From contig MTLP01000012.1 in NCBI GenBank assembly GCA_002009975.1, forward strand, positions 1 through 64,000: DNA of 64,000 nucleotides, written 5' to 3'. The position numbers and the translations under genes are program-made. The DNA comes from Thermococcus sp. JdFR-02. Its GTDB lineage: Archaea; Methanobacteriota_B; Thermococci; Thermococcales; Thermococcaceae. Of the stretch, positions 39,250 to 49,744 are shown piece after piece. The notes beneath the pieces are model-generated. The model was not told where the DNA came from. It saw nothing but the letters and a program-made list of their open reading frames with translations, and made no database searches. Position 1 is the stretch's first letter; every line of letters begins with the position of its first letter.

Positions 39250-40530
39250 TCACCTCGACAACAAATCTTCTGCAACCTCTTGAGCTTTATCCAAAACCCG
39301 CTCCTCATCAAAGCTCAAAACTTCTCTATCAAGCATCAAAATCTTCCCATCGACTATTGTGGTCTCGACATCGCTTCCATTTGCAGAATAAACGATGTGG
39401 CTTATAACATTGTGAATCGGTCTTAGGTGAGGTTTGTTGAAGTCAATTATAATCAAATCTGCTAAAGCACCTTCTCTTATTACTCCAGCATTCAGCTTTA
39501 GTGCTTTTGCCCCATTTTGAGTTGCCATCTTAAAAACAGTTGAAGCATCGGCTATTGTTGGATCAAGGATGTGCACTTTGTGTAAGAGTGCCGCTAGTTT
39601 CATCTCTTCAAGCATGTCCAAGTTGTTGTTGCTTGCAGTTCCATCAGTTGCTAAAGAAACGTTCGCCCCTTCTTTTAAAAGCTCCCTAAGGGGCATTACT
39701 CCACTCGCAAGCTTCATGTTCGAGGCTGGATTGTGTGCTATTGTTGCACCACTTTTTGCAATGATTTCAATATCCCTTTCGTTCAACCAGACGCCATGTG
39801 CAATAATAACATCATCTTTCAAAAACCCAATCTCATCTAAAAGCTCAACTGGACTTTTTCCATATTGGGCTTTTATGTTCTCCACTTCAGTTTTAGTTTC
39901 ACTAACGTGGATTGTTATCATTTTCTTGTACTTATCTGCTAACTCTCTAACCCTTTTCAAAAACTCTGGAGAGCAAGTGTACGGAGCGTGAGGTCCAAAG
40001 AGGAAGTTAATCCTCTCCAAACCAAGCTTTTCGACAAATTCCATAACTCTAAAGGCTTCCATAATCTCTTTTTCCCCTTTTTCTTTATCTCCGAGTTCGA
40101 TCATCCCGTGACTTAGATAAGCCCTTAAGCCACTCTCTTTTACTGCTTTAGCAGTTTCATCCATGAAGAAGTACATGTCAACAAAAGTTGTTGTTCCAGT
40201 CTTTATCATTTCTAAAGCACCTAAAAGAGAACCCCAATAAACATCACTTGCTTTGAGTTTTGCTTCTCTTGGCCAAATATGCTTTTGAAGCCATTCCATA
40301 AGTTCCAAATCATCTGCAACGCCCCTAAAAAGTGTCATGGCTAAATGGGTGTGTGTATTTATAAAACCAGGAGAAACTATTTTTCCGTTAGCATCAATAA
40401 CAACATCAGCACTCTCCTTCAAACCTTTTCCAATTTTTGTTATTTTGTTTTCTTCAATAAAAAGGTCGGCTTTTATAATTTCCAGATTTTCGCCATAGAT
40501 GAGGGTTCCGTTTTTTATTAAGATGCTCAT
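39250..40530 (-). CDS. mtaD: 5'-deoxyadenosine/methylthioadenosine/SAH deaminase (amidohydrolase)
   Basis: PGFINTHTH, PHAPYTCS, IHVSET, HNPASNMKLASG, TDGTASNN. Confidence 0.85.
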   Translation of the reverse strand: MSILIKNGTLIYGENLEIIKADLFIEENKITKIGKGLKESADVVIDANGKIVSPGFINTHTHLAMTLFRGVADDLELMEWLQKHIWPREAKLKASDVYWGSLLGALEMIKTGTTTFVDMYFFMDETAKAVKESGLRAYLSHGMIELGDKEKGEKEIMEAFRVMEFVEKLGLERINFLFGPHAPYTCSPEFLKRVRELADKYKKMITIHVSETKTEVENIKAQYGKSPVELLDEIGFLKDDVIIAHGVWLNERDIEIIAKSGATIAHNPASNMKLASGVMPLRELLKEGANVSLATDGTASNNNLDMLEEMKLAALLHKVHILDPTIADASTVFKMATQNGAKALKLNAGVIREGALADLIIIDFNKPHLRPIHNVISHIVYSANGSDVETTIVDGKILMLDREVLSFDEERVLDKAQEVAEDLLSR

Positions 40531-40585
40531 CTTTCACCACCAAAGCTAATAAGTTTTTAAGCCTAAATAAAGTTTAGGTGATACT

Positions 40586-41308
40586 ATGGAGAAGCCCATT
40601 ACATTGAACTTGCCAAAAATTGAAAACCCAATCTTTATAGAGGGCTATCCAGGAATTGGACTTGTTGGACATATAGCAGCTAATTTTCTTGCAAAAGAAC
40701 TCAAAATGGAAATGATAGGGCACATTGAGAGCTCATTCATTCCACCAATAACCTTAATTTTAGAAGGAAAACCAAATCCCCCAATAAGATTTTACGCAAA
40801 GGATAACGTGATAATAGCCATCGCCGACATTTATATAACCCCAACGCTTGTAAATGAGATAGCTAAGGAAGTCGTTAGCTATCTAAAGGAAACCAACGCT
40901 CAAAAAGTAATCTCAATGGGCGGCATGGGCATTGGATTTTTCAAAGAAAAAATGGAAGTTTATGGAGTTGGAGGAAGCGAAGAGGAAAATAAAGAGCTGG
41001 AGGATATTGGGGTAAAGATACTCAAATTCGGCTCAATAATGGGGATGAGCGGTAGGCTACTTTGGGAAGCCTCAAAGGAAAAACTAAAGAGCTACGTCCT
41101 CTTGGGCGAAACTTTTGGAGATAGACCAGATCCAAGGGCAGCTGCAAATGTAATAGAGTACCTCAAAAAGCTCATTCCATTAGAGGTTTCAACCGAACCA
41201 CTAATCAAAGAAGCGGAAATGATTGAAGAACAATTAAGGAGAATGCATGAACAGATGGAAATTGCAAGAAGAAAAGCCGAGAAAGAATACGAGAGCGTTT
41301 ATGTATGA
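40586..41308 (+). CDS. proteasome assembly chaperone (PAC2) family protein
   Basis: EGYPGIGLVG, PDPRAA, C-terminal YV (HbYX-like). Confidence 0.88.
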   Translation: MEKPITLNLPKIENPIFIEGYPGIGLVGHIAANFLAKELKMEMIGHIESSFIPPITLILEGKPNPPIRFYAKDNVIIAIADIYITPTLVNEIAKEVVSYLKETNAQKVISMGGMGIGFFKEKMEVYGVGGSEEENKELEDIGVKILKFGSIMGMSGRLLWEASKEKLKSYVLLGETFGDRPDPRAAANVIEYLKKLIPLEVSTEPLIKEAEMIEEQLRRMHEQMEIARRKAEKEYESVYV

Positions 41309-41312
41309 GGTG

Positions 41313-41705
41313 ATGCTAATGCTTGAAGAAATTTTAGTTTTAACCGGAATATCAAGGAGAACCTTGGATTCTTTACTTAAAAGCCCATACAAAACAATTG
41401 AAATTAGAAACGCTAGAAATGTTCTCGCCTTAAGCAGAATTAAAGCTGGAGAAAAGATATTCCTAACTTATGAAACCTTCCATGATATTGTAAAAGGAAC
41501 TGAAGGCATAGTTGCTGAAATTTTAAGAGTTGAGAGCATGGAGCAGAGGGTTTTATGGGAAGAAAGTGATGAAAGGGAGCAGATGATTTGCAGAGTTCAG
41601 TTAAAACTTTTGGGTCTTGGAAAAGTTTTGGAAATCGTTGAAAGAAATAGTGCAATAAGGGTAAAGATCAGAGAGATGCTCCCACATGAGATGAGGATGG
41701 GTTAA
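41313..41705 (+). CDS. DUF473 family protein
   Basis: LTGIS, KTIEIRNARN, IFLT..D..GTEG, EESDERE. Confidence 0.8.
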   Translation: MLMLEEILVLTGISRRTLDSLLKSPYKTIEIRNARNVLALSRIKAGEKIFLTYETFHDIVKGTEGIVAEILRVESMEQRVLWEESDEREQMICRVQLKLLGLGKVLEIVERNSAIRVKIREMLPHEMRMG

Positions 41706-41737
41706 AATATTTAAGAGTTTCCGTTTTGGACTGAGAA

Positions 41738-42493
41738 TTAGAAAATATCAAGTGTCTTTTGCTTCCCTCTTTTGATTTTCCCTCGTTTAGGAGGTTTTAG
41801 TTTCCTAAATTCAAGCCCTTCTTTTTCTAAAAGCTTTCTTGCACCTTCTGTCAGAGATGGAGCAACCAAAATGCCCCTGACTTTCCCATATTCTTCTTTT
41901 AAGGCATCAACATAACGTTTCAACTGGCTTACCGCGTGTAGATCTGCCCTTCTGCGCTTTAACTCCAAAACAACAATGTTGCCTTCTTTATCCTTACCCA
42001 AAACATCAACTATACCATGTTTTATGGGTTTTTCCTTGGATAGTGGCTTAAAACCTTCTTCAATAAGTTCTGGATTCTCAAAAATTAGGTCTGCCATTTC
42101 TTTTTCGCTTCCTGTTAGGGCTAATTCTTCATAATCCTCTGCTGAGAAATAGCTTGCGAGGTAAACATTAATTAGCTCAACTTCTAAAATCTCCCTCGGC
42201 TTTTTCCTTACGCTTTTTAGAATAATATTTTCATCTTTTACTTCAAAGCTGGCAATACTTCCAGGCGGTTGCCAATTCACAGGTTCTCTTTTGTTCTTTT
42301 GATGGATTAAAAAAGAGCCATCTGGTTTGATCATAATAACCCGATCCCCAGGACCGAGTTCACTCTTAGCCCTTCCATCATAAGATACCTTGCATAGGGC
42401 AAAAATGGTGAGTATAGCTTCATTTCTAAGCCCTTCACTAACCAGTTCAATTAATTCATCTTTCGTTGGATTAACTTTAGATTTAACTTTCAT
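41738..42493 (-). CDS. nucS: mismatch-specific endonuclease NucS/EndoMS
   Basis: YDGRA, KPDGSFLIH, PVNWQP, VVLELKR, QLKRY, C-terminal PIP box QKTLDIF. Confidence 0.96.
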   Translation of the reverse strand: MKVKSKVNPTKDELIELVSEGLRNEAILTIFALCKVSYDGRAKSELGPGDRVIMIKPDGSFLIHQKNKREPVNWQPPGSIASFEVKDENIILKSVRKKPREILEVELINVYLASYFSAEDYEELALTGSEKEMADLIFENPELIEEGFKPLSKEKPIKHGIVDVLGKDKEGNIVVLELKRRRADLHAVSQLKRYVDALKEEYGKVRGILVAPSLTEGARKLLEKEGLEFRKLKPPKRGKIKRGKQKTLDIF

Positions 42494-42568
42494 CTCCTTT
42501 TCCCAACCATGGGTTTGGAACTTAACATCTTATAAAGTTTTCAAACTTAATTCTCTCGGGGGATGTGA

Positions 42569-42982
42569 ATGCATGAATGGGCGTTAGCTGATGCTATAGT
42601 TAGGACAGCTTTAAATGTTGCTCAGGAAAATGAAGCAAATAAAGTTCTTGAAATTAGAGTTGTTTTAGGCGAATTGCAGGATGTTGATACGGAATTGATT
42701 GAATTTGCAGTTAAAGAGCTTATAAAAGGGACAATAGCAGAAAATGCAAAGATAACCTTCATTGAAGAAGAAGCACTTTTCAAATGCAGGAACTGTAGTT
42801 TTGAGTGGAAATTAAAAGACATCAAGGAAAGCTTAGATGAAAGAATTAAAGAGGATATTCACTTCATTCCAGAGGTTGCTCACGCATTCATGAAATGCCC
42901 AAAATGTAAAAGCCCAGATTTTGATGTAGTTAAAGGAAGAGGCGTTTATATAGAGGGAATAAAAGTGGCAAAGGAGGAGTAG
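42569..42982 (+). CDS. hypA: hydrogenase nickel incorporation protein HypA
   Basis: MHEWALA, CRNC, CPKC. Confidence 0.95.
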   Translation: MHEWALADAIVRTALNVAQENEANKVLEIRVVLGELQDVDTELIEFAVKELIKGTIAENAKITFIEEEALFKCRNCSFEWKLKDIKESLDERIKEDIHFIPEVAHAFMKCPKCKSPDFDVVKGRGVYIEGIKVAKEE

Positions 42983-42984
42983 CG

Positions 42985-43710
42985 ATGCTCGATCCAAGAA
43001 TTAACGTCATAGATGAGCGTTTGAAAGGTATTAAGAGAGTAATCCCGGTAGTGAGTGGAAAAGGAGGCGTTGGAAAATCGATAGTCTCTACAACCCTTGC
43101 TCTAATTTTAGCTAAAAAAGGATTTAAAGTTGGGCTTTTGGACTTAGACTTTCATGGAGCAAGTGATCATGTAATCTTAGGGGTCAAAGATATATTTCCA
43201 GAAGAGGAGAAAGGTGTTATACCCCCTGAGATTTATGGGATTAAATTCATGAGCATAGCATTTTATTCAGAAGATAAACCAACCCCATTAAGGGGAAAAG
43301 AAATTACAGATGCGTTACTTGAACTTTTAGCAATAACAAGATGGGAAGACCTAGATTTCCTAGTCATTGATATGCCCCCAGGATTAGGAGAACAGTTCCT
43401 TGATCTTTTAAGGTTCATAAAGAGAGGAGAATTTCTGATTGTTGCTACACCTTCAAAACTGGCAATAAATGTTGTTAAAAAAGTGGTGGAACTTTTGAAA
43501 GAACTAAACCTCAAAACATTAGGGATAGTGGAGAACATGAAGCTAGACGATGAAAAAGAAATCAAAGAACTTGCAGAAGAATTTGAGATACCTTATTTGG
43601 TAGATATTCCTCTGTACAGAGATTTGGATGAAAAGATTGGGAATATTGAAGCGTTACTAAGTTCAGAGTTTGCAGAAAAAATTGAAAAAGTTGCAGAAAA
43701 GATTCTTTAA
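42985..43710 (+). CDS. hypB: Mrp/MinD-family ATPase (Thermococcales ATP-type HypB)
   Basis: [20 protein letters not shown]; coupled to hypA; lacks the CxxC of Nbp35. Confidence 0.8.
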   Translation: MLDPRINVIDERLKGIKRVIPVVSGKGGVGKSIVSTTLALILAKKGFKVGLLDLDFHGASDHVILGVKDIFPEEEKGVIPPEIYGIKFMSIAFYSEDKPTPLRGKEITDALLELLAITRWEDLDFLVIDMPPGLGEQFLDLLRFIKRGEFLIVATPSKLAINVVKKVVELLKELNLKTLGIVENMKLDDEKEIKELAEEFEIPYLVDIPLYRDLDEKIGNIEALLSSEFAEKIEKVAEKIL

Positions 43711-44777
43711 TCTTCTATTCCTTTTTCAGTAATTTTGAATGCTGCCTCTCCTTCAGGCAGGTGAGGCGAATCCACTAATCTTGCGATTCTCTTTCCACCT
43801 TTTCCTTTTCTTAGATAAAGCCTAACTGTTGCTGAGTGAGCCAATATATGACCACCAATTGGTCTCGTTGGATCTCCAAAGAAAGCATCAGGTCTTGCTT
43901 GAACTTGGTTTGTAACAAAAATTGCAACATCATGTAAGTTAGCTAGGCGGTGCAAATCAGATAAATGTTTCCCAAGCTTTTGTTGTCTCTCTGCTAATGC
44001 TCCTCTCCCAATATATTCAGCTCTGAAGTGAGAGGTTAGAGAATCCACGACAACTAGCTTAATATTGTTGTTCTTTATGAGTTCTTCAGCTTTTTCTACT
44101 AGAAGCATTTGGTGGTTTGAATTGTAAGCCCTTGCAACATATATGTTCTTCAGGACTTCCTCAGGATCCAAACCCCTATTTTCTGCAATTTGCCTAATTC
44201 TCTCTGGTCTAAATGTGTTCTCGGTGTCGATATAAATAGCACCTGCTTCTAATCCACCTTCATCTCTCCCAAGTTGAACGGTCACACAAAGGGTGTGAGC
44301 TATTTGGGTCTTTCCACTTCCAAACTCACCGAAAACTTCTGTAATTGCTTGGGTTTCAACTCCTCCACCTAAAAGCTTATCCAAAGCCTTGCTTCCAGTA
44401 GTAATTTTCCCAATTATTTGTCTTCTCTGTAAATATTCATCCGCCCTTATGAAGGTGCCAATATTTGCAGCCTCTCTTGCTGCCTGGATTATCTTTAATG
44501 CCGCACCCTCACTTATTCCAGCTATTTCTTTAAGCTCAAGCGGAGATGCAACAGCTATTGCTTCTAACGTATCAAAACCAGCTTCTCTAAGTTTTTCAGC
44601 TGTTGCTGGACCTACCCCCGGTAAGTCCTCAAGTGTGCTTACCTCTTTTTTCTTCTTTTTCTTGACAGATTCAACAACACTTTCTACAATAGTTTCTTCA
44701 AGTTCATTTTCAACAGGCAATTCTTCAAACTCATCCAATTCTTTAATTTCCTCTGCAGATTTCTTTTTTCTCGCCAT
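43707..44777 (-). CDS. radA: DNA repair and recombination protein RadA (no intein)
   Basis: LPGVG Hh[38 protein letters not shown]. Confidence 0.97.
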   Translation of the reverse strand: MARKKKSAEEIKELDEFEELPVENELEETIVESVVESVKKKKKKEVSTLEDLPGVGPATAEKLREAGFDTLEAIAVASPLELKEIAGISEGAALKIIQAAREAANIGTFIRADEYLQRRQIIGKITTGSKALDKLLGGGVETQAITEVFGEFGSGKTQIAHTLCVTVQLGRDEGGLEAGAIYIDTENTFRPERIRQIAENRGLDPEEVLKNIYVARAYNSNHQMLLVEKAEELIKNNNIKLVVVDSLTSHFRAEYIGRGALAERQQKLGKHLSDLHRLANLHDVAIFVTNQVQARPDAFFGDPTRPIGGHILAHSATVRLYLRKGKGGKRIARLVDSPHLPEGEAAFKITEKGIED

Positions 44778-44992
44778 GTTTACCACCTATTAGCATGACA
44801 GTCGCTAACTTTAAGGCATCGAAGGATTATATATTTTTCTCTTTTATTAAATGAGCAAATGGCATGTTAAAATCAAAAATACGTTGTGAGTAACCCCCAA
44901 TTGTTAAAATAAAGCCAAGCAAGAGATATATTTCCAGTGGAGACATGGCTCACATATTTAGTACAATGATATGGAAATTTTTTCATATATAT

Positions 44993-45019
44993 CCCAGGGA
45001 GTTTTATTTCCACTGGAAC
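44993..45019 (-). promoter_or_regulatory. origin recognition box (ORB)
   Basis: Reverse complement GTTCCAGTGGAAATAAAACTCCCTGGG. Confidence 0.92.
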
Positions 45020-45268
45020 CAAGTTTTGACATATTCAACAGATCAGGTAGTGTGAAATAGAGAAACAAGGTTTATAAATGCTTTTTAACTTTGTAAATAG
45101 TCAAATGTTCAGTCTAGTTATATACTAATGCATGTTTTGTTTCAGTTTTTACATTTTTATGTATTAATTTTTGAACAATGTTCATAGATAAGTTTATATA
45201 TTGTGAGGAGTATAAGAGATGGGAGTGTTTATCACCAAAACAACAAAATTTTTCTGTGTCTGTCCGCA

Positions 45269-45297
45269 GTTCCAGTGGAAATAAAACTCCCTGGGGG
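45269..45297 (+). promoter_or_regulatory. origin recognition box (ORB) with G-string
   Basis: GTTCCAGTGGAAATAAAACTCCCTGGGGG. Confidence 0.93.
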
Positions 45298-45538
45298 TTA
45301 ATATTTATTTAATAGATTTGGAATTGTTAAATAATATTGTTTTTCTAAAGTGTTCTGAAATGTGCACCAATGATCTAATTTTTCATGATAATTGTTAGGA
45401 GTGTTATCCAAAGGAAATTATCAGTTGTGTTCAAAGAGACGTTTACATTGTTAAATTCTTGATGAACTCACTTGTGCATTAAACACCTTTATTTCCTTTG
45501 GAACAGTGGACTTTTAAGAGATAAAGGCAAAATAACTT

Positions 45539-46162
45539 TTGGTGATTCCAGTGGAAGAACAAGTCCTTAAATGGTTAAAGGAAGGTAGGGATGATGCTGA
45601 AGATATTGTTGATTTTCCATGGAATGTTAAAAAACAGTCTGAACATGTTTATTTGGCAGAGTATCCAAAAATACCCTTTGTGCTTAATGTCGTGTTTACA
45701 GAAGGTTTTGTTCATTTGATAGTTCCTTTTGGCTTGGAGACGGTCTCACTTGAACCATCTGAAAGACTTAAACTTTATCATACGTTGCTCCTATTGAATG
45801 ATAAAATAAATCTCCTTAAGTTCACCCTGAGTGGATTTAATGAGGAAATTGTTCTTAGGGTTGATTTGGATAGAAAATCCCTTGGAAAGGAGGAATTCAA
45901 CGATGCTTTAACTTCATTGCTGATTGGTGTTAATGAACTAGTGAAAGCTCTTGGTTTGGAAAAAGACTTTGCGAGATCTATATTTGAACGGGTAGCACTT
46001 ATGATAATTGAAAGATTGCAAAGGGGTGCAACTAAGAAAGATTTAGTTAAATTTTTAGTAGTCAAAGTGGGGATGAAAAGAGAAGAAGCTGAAGCATTTA
46101 TAGATGAAATCATTAAAGCCCAGAAGGAGGAAGAACGAAAAAGCAGCATTGGCTATGTTTGA
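45539..46162 (+). CDS. conserved origin-linked hypothetical protein (YbjN/CesT-like fold possible)
   Basis: 207-aa ORF between oriC and cdc6 with normal codon usage; LYHTLLLLNDKINLLKFTL. Confidence 0.75.
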   Translation: MVIPVEEQVLKWLKEGRDDAEDIVDFPWNVKKQSEHVYLAEYPKIPFVLNVVFTEGFVHLIVPFGLETVSLEPSERLKLYHTLLLLNDKINLLKFTLSGFNEEIVLRVDLDRKSLGKEEFNDALTSLLIGVNELVKALGLEKDFARSIFERVALMIIERLQRGATKKDLVKFLVVKVGMKREEAEAFIDEIIKAQKEEERKSSIGYV

Positions 46163-46474
46163 TTTTTAATTGTTTTCTTTTTTAGTTGACATATTCCTAG
46201 GCTGATAAAATTTGTATTTCTCAAGATGTCTTAACTGAAATTTACATGAACTTGCTCAATAAAGCATATATACCCCTCAAGCTATTATCTTATTTGCATT
46301 TCCTATGCTTCCTGTGTTTCCTTTGGAGCCAAAATATTGTGGTATTTAAACAAATAACAAATGTTACAATTGTAACATTAAGACATTTAATCAATAACAT
46401 ATTGAATTATACGAACAGTAAAATTAAATGCTGTCTTTAAAAGCAAGAGTTCCATTTCCAGTGGAGGTTCGAGG

Positions 46475-47731
46475 ATGAGAGAGAATGAACAAACTTATTT
46501 GGACTCAATTTTTGAAAAGTATTTGAATGCAAGGAAGATATTCAAAAATAAGGAAGTTCTTAGACATAGCTATACTCCAAAAGAATTGCCTCATAGAAGG
46601 GAACAAATAGAATCTCTGGCTCACATCCTTGTTCCAGTACTTAGGGGTGAAACACCTTCCAATATTTTCGTTTATGGAAAAACTGGAACTGGAAAAACTG
46701 TAACTGTAAAGTTTGTAACTGAAGAGCTTAAGAGGATTTCAATGAAGTACAACATCCCTGTTGAGGTTATTTATCTCAATTGTGAAATTGTTGACACTCA
46801 ATATAGAGTTTTAGCCAATATTGTCAACCATTTTAAGCATGAAAGTGGGTTTGAAGTTCCTTTGGTTGGATGGCCCACAGATGAGGTTTATTCCAAACTT
46901 AAGCAGATCATAGATTCAAAAGATAGATTTGTTATCATAGTCCTTGACGAAATCGATAAGCTAGTCAAAAAGAGTGGTGATGATATTCTCTATAATCTAA
47001 CACGTGTAAATACAGAGCTGAGTAAAGCAAAAGTCAGCATTATTGGAATTTCCAACGATTTAAAATTCAAGGATTATTTGGATCCAAGAGTTTTAAGCTC
47101 TTTAAGTGAAGAGGAAGTGGTGTTTCCACCCTATGATGCTAACCAGCTTAGAGATATCCTCCAACAAAGGGCTGATGTTGCTTTTTATGAAGATGTTTTG
47201 GATGAAGCCGTTGTGCCGTTATGTGCCGCTTTAGCAGCAAGAGAGCATGGGGATGCAAGAAGAGCTTTGGATTTGCTTAGAGTTAGTGGAGAAATCGCTG
47301 AAAGGGAAGGAGCTCCAAGAGTCACCGAGAGGCACGTTTGGAAAGCCCAGGAAAAAATCGAACAAGATACGATGGAGGAGGTTATAAAAACCCTCCCCTT
47401 GCACTCAAAGTTTGTTCTCTATTCGATAGTCCTTTTAGATGAAAATGGCGAGTTGCCGGCAAATACTGGAGATGTTTATGCGGTTTATAAGGAGATTTGT
47501 GAATACATGGATGTTGAACCTTTAACTCAAAGAAGGGTAAGCGATTTAATTAGTGAGCTTGACATGTTGGGGATAATAAATGCTAAGGTTGTCAGCAAGG
47601 GGAGGTATGGAAGGACAAAGGAGATTAGATTGAACGTTACACCCTATAAAGTCAAAAATATATATAGAACAGAGTACCATCTTCAACCGCTCTTAACATT
47701 GAGCATGGTTAAGCAGAGGAGGTTGTTTTGA
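46475..47731 (+). CDS. cdc6: Orc1/Cdc6 replication initiator
   Basis: LPHRREQI, GKTGTGKT, IVLDEID, GDARRALDLL, wHTH GRYGRT. Confidence 0.97.
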   Translation: MRENEQTYLDSIFEKYLNARKIFKNKEVLRHSYTPKELPHRREQIESLAHILVPVLRGETPSNIFVYGKTGTGKTVTVKFVTEELKRISMKYNIPVEVIYLNCEIVDTQYRVLANIVNHFKHESGFEVPLVGWPTDEVYSKLKQIIDSKDRFVIIVLDEIDKLVKKSGDDILYNLTRVNTELSKAKVSIIGISNDLKFKDYLDPRVLSSLSEEEVVFPPYDANQLRDILQQRADVAFYEDVLDEAVVPLCAALAAREHGDARRALDLLRVSGEIAEREGAPRVTERHVWKAQEKIEQDTMEEVIKTLPLHSKFVLYSIVLLDENGELPANTGDVYAVYKEICEYMDVEPLTQRRVSDLISELDMLGIINAKVVSKGRYGRTKEIRLNVTPYKVKNIYRTEYHLQPLLTLSMVKQRRLF

Positions 47732-49731
47732 TGGATGAGCTTATTAAGGACTTGCTTGCCAACAAATACTTAATAACTCCTCCAGCTTATTTTGTTTTGT
47801 CAGAGCATTATAAAAAAGAATTTGCACTTGCAGAGCTAATAAAATTCACAAAGCAGAAATTTAACACATTTATTATTGATGATAATGTTGCTAAAGCGTT
47901 TTTAGAATATAAAGGTCTTTTAAGGGTTGGTGTTGAGAAGTACGTGCAAACTTCTACTGAAACCATGAAGGAAAAATTTCCAAAGGAAATTGGAACCGCT
48001 GAAACCCATGAAAAAGAATCCTTTTTCCTCGCTCAAACTATCGAAAAACCAACTTTGAAGGAGTATTCTGGTAAATCGCGTGAGGATATTGGTCATATTG
48101 TGGAATCAAGAGGTGAGGGGGAAGTTTATACTGAAGAAATTGGAACCTCTATTTCCACTGGAAACACCGAAATTTTGGAGTCGTTAGAAGGCTTTGATAA
48201 TGAATTAAAGGGAGAATATGTGGGAAATTTGGGGGGTACCAGTTCTATTTCCACTGGAACAGTTGAGGAAGGAGTGGAGTATAATGGAGAGGAGGTTGAA
48301 GTTAAGAGACAAGTGGTGGAAGAGTATGGTGCTTTAGTGCCTCTTGAAGAAGAGGAAATTCCAGAGGAAATTAAAGAGAAGAAGTATTCTGTTTATAGAG
48401 ATTTCAAAGTAACGCTCAAAGAAGATTTTGAACCTATTGCAAAGGAAATAAAACCCGAGTTTGAGATTAAATTCGATGTAAGAAAAGTGAAAATGAAGAG
48501 ACCCAAAGCAAAGAATGCAAATGGAAAGGAAGGTGAAATCATAATTAGAAGTTATGAAAATCTCTTTAGGAGCAGATTAAGGAAGCTTAGGAAGATATTG
48601 AGAGAGAACCCGGAGATAAGGGGTGTCGTTGATATTGGAAAATTGGGTTATATAAACTCTGATGGAGAAATCACAATTATTGGTCTTGTAAATTCAAAAA
48701 GGGAAACGGCAAAAGGATTCATTTTTGAAGTTGAAGACACTACTGGTGTTACCAAGGTATTCATCGGAAAGGACAGTGAAGATTACAAAAAAGCGTATGA
48801 TGTTTTATTGGACAGTGTTGTTGCTTTTAAAGGTTATTATTCAAAGAGAGGTATTCTATTTGCGAATCACCTTTATCTTCCTGACGTTCCATTGTATAAG
48901 AGGGAAAAGCCACCATTGGAAGAGAAAGTTTATGCTGTCTTAATCAGTGATATCCATGTGGGCAGTACAGAATTTTGTGAAAAAGCCTTCATGAAGTTCA
49001 TAGAATGGCTAAATGGTAACGTTGGAAGTAAGGAAGAGGAAGAAATTGTAAGTAGGATAAAGTATATGATAATAGCAGGTGATGTGGTTGATGGAATTGG
49101 TATCTATCCGGGGCAATATAACGAATTGAACATTCCAGATATTTTTGATCAATATGAAGCTTTAGCAAATCTCTTATCCAATGTTCCCGAACATATACAA
49201 ATGTTTATTGGTCCTGGAAACCACGACGCTGCAAGAACAGCATTACCTCAACCAGAATTTTACAAAGAGTATGCTAAACCACTCTATGATTTGAAGAATG
49301 CTATAATAATTAGCAATCCAGCATTAATTAATTTACATGGGAGAGACTTTTTAATTGTGCATGGAAGGGGAATTGAAGACGTCGTTGGGAACGTTCCAGG
49401 TGTAACTCACCACAAACCAGCAATGCCCATGGTGGAATTACTAAAGTTAAGGCATTTGGCACCAACTTTTGGAGGAAAGGTCCCAATAGCACCAGATCCA
49501 GAAGATTTGCTGGTGATTGAGGAAGTTCCAGATTTAGTTCAAATGGGGCATGTTCACGTTTTGGATTATCAAGTCTACCGCGGTGTCTTTTTAATAAACT
49601 CAGCAACTTGGCAAGCTCAAACAGAGTTTCAAAAGATGGTTAACATAGTTCCAACTCCAGCGAGAGTTCCTATAATAGATATTGAGACTGCAAGATTGAA
49701 AACGATTGTTGATTTTACCAAATGGTGTTAG
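47731..49731 (+). CDS. polB: DNA polymerase D small (proofreading) subunit DP1
   Basis: OB fold, ISDIHVGS, AGDVVDG, PGNHDA, HGRG, MGHVH. Confidence 0.96.
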   Translation: MDELIKDLLANKYLITPPAYFVLSEHYKKEFALAELIKFTKQKFNTFIIDDNVAKAFLEYKGLLRVGVEKYVQTSTETMKEKFPKEIGTAETHEKESFFLAQTIEKPTLKEYSGKSREDIGHIVESRGEGEVYTEEIGTSISTGNTEILESLEGFDNELKGEYVGNLGGTSSISTGTVEEGVEYNGEEVEVKRQVVEEYGALVPLEEEEIPEEIKEKKYSVYRDFKVTLKEDFEPIAKEIKPEFEIKFDVRKVKMKRPKAKNANGKEGEIIIRSYENLFRSRLRKLRKILRENPEIRGVVDIGKLGYINSDGEITIIGLVNSKRETAKGFIFEVEDTTGVTKVFIGKDSEDYKKAYDVLLDSVVAFKGYYSKRGILFANHLYLPDVPLYKREKPPLEEKVYAVLISDIHVGSTEFCEKAFMKFIEWLNGNVGSKEEEEIVSRIKYMIIAGDVVDGIGIYPGQYNELNIPDIFDQYEALANLLSNVPEHIQMFIGPGNHDAARTALPQPEFYKEYAKPLYDLKNAIIISNPALINLHGRDFLIVHGRGIEDVVGNVPGVTHHKPAMPMVELLKLRHLAPTFGGKVPIAPDPEDLLVIEEVPDLVQMGHVHVLDYQVYRGVFLINSATWQAQTEFQKMVNIVPTPARVPIIDIETARLKTIVDFTKWC

Positions 49732-49744
49732 CGGGTGAATTCTA

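Larger units (their letters stand above)
44930..45510. other. chromosomal replication origin oriC
   Basis: 27-bp perfect inverted ORB pair GTTCCAGTGGAAATAAAACTCCCTGGG at 44993-45019 (-) and 45269-45295 (+, G-string to 45297) around an AT-rich 250-bp DUE; mini-ORBs at 44931 and 45491; close to cdc6. Confidence 0.92.

Noticed and set aside
43707-47731. Possible inteins in RadA or Cdc6
   Set aside because: Both proteins are normal length with uninterrupted Walker motifs.
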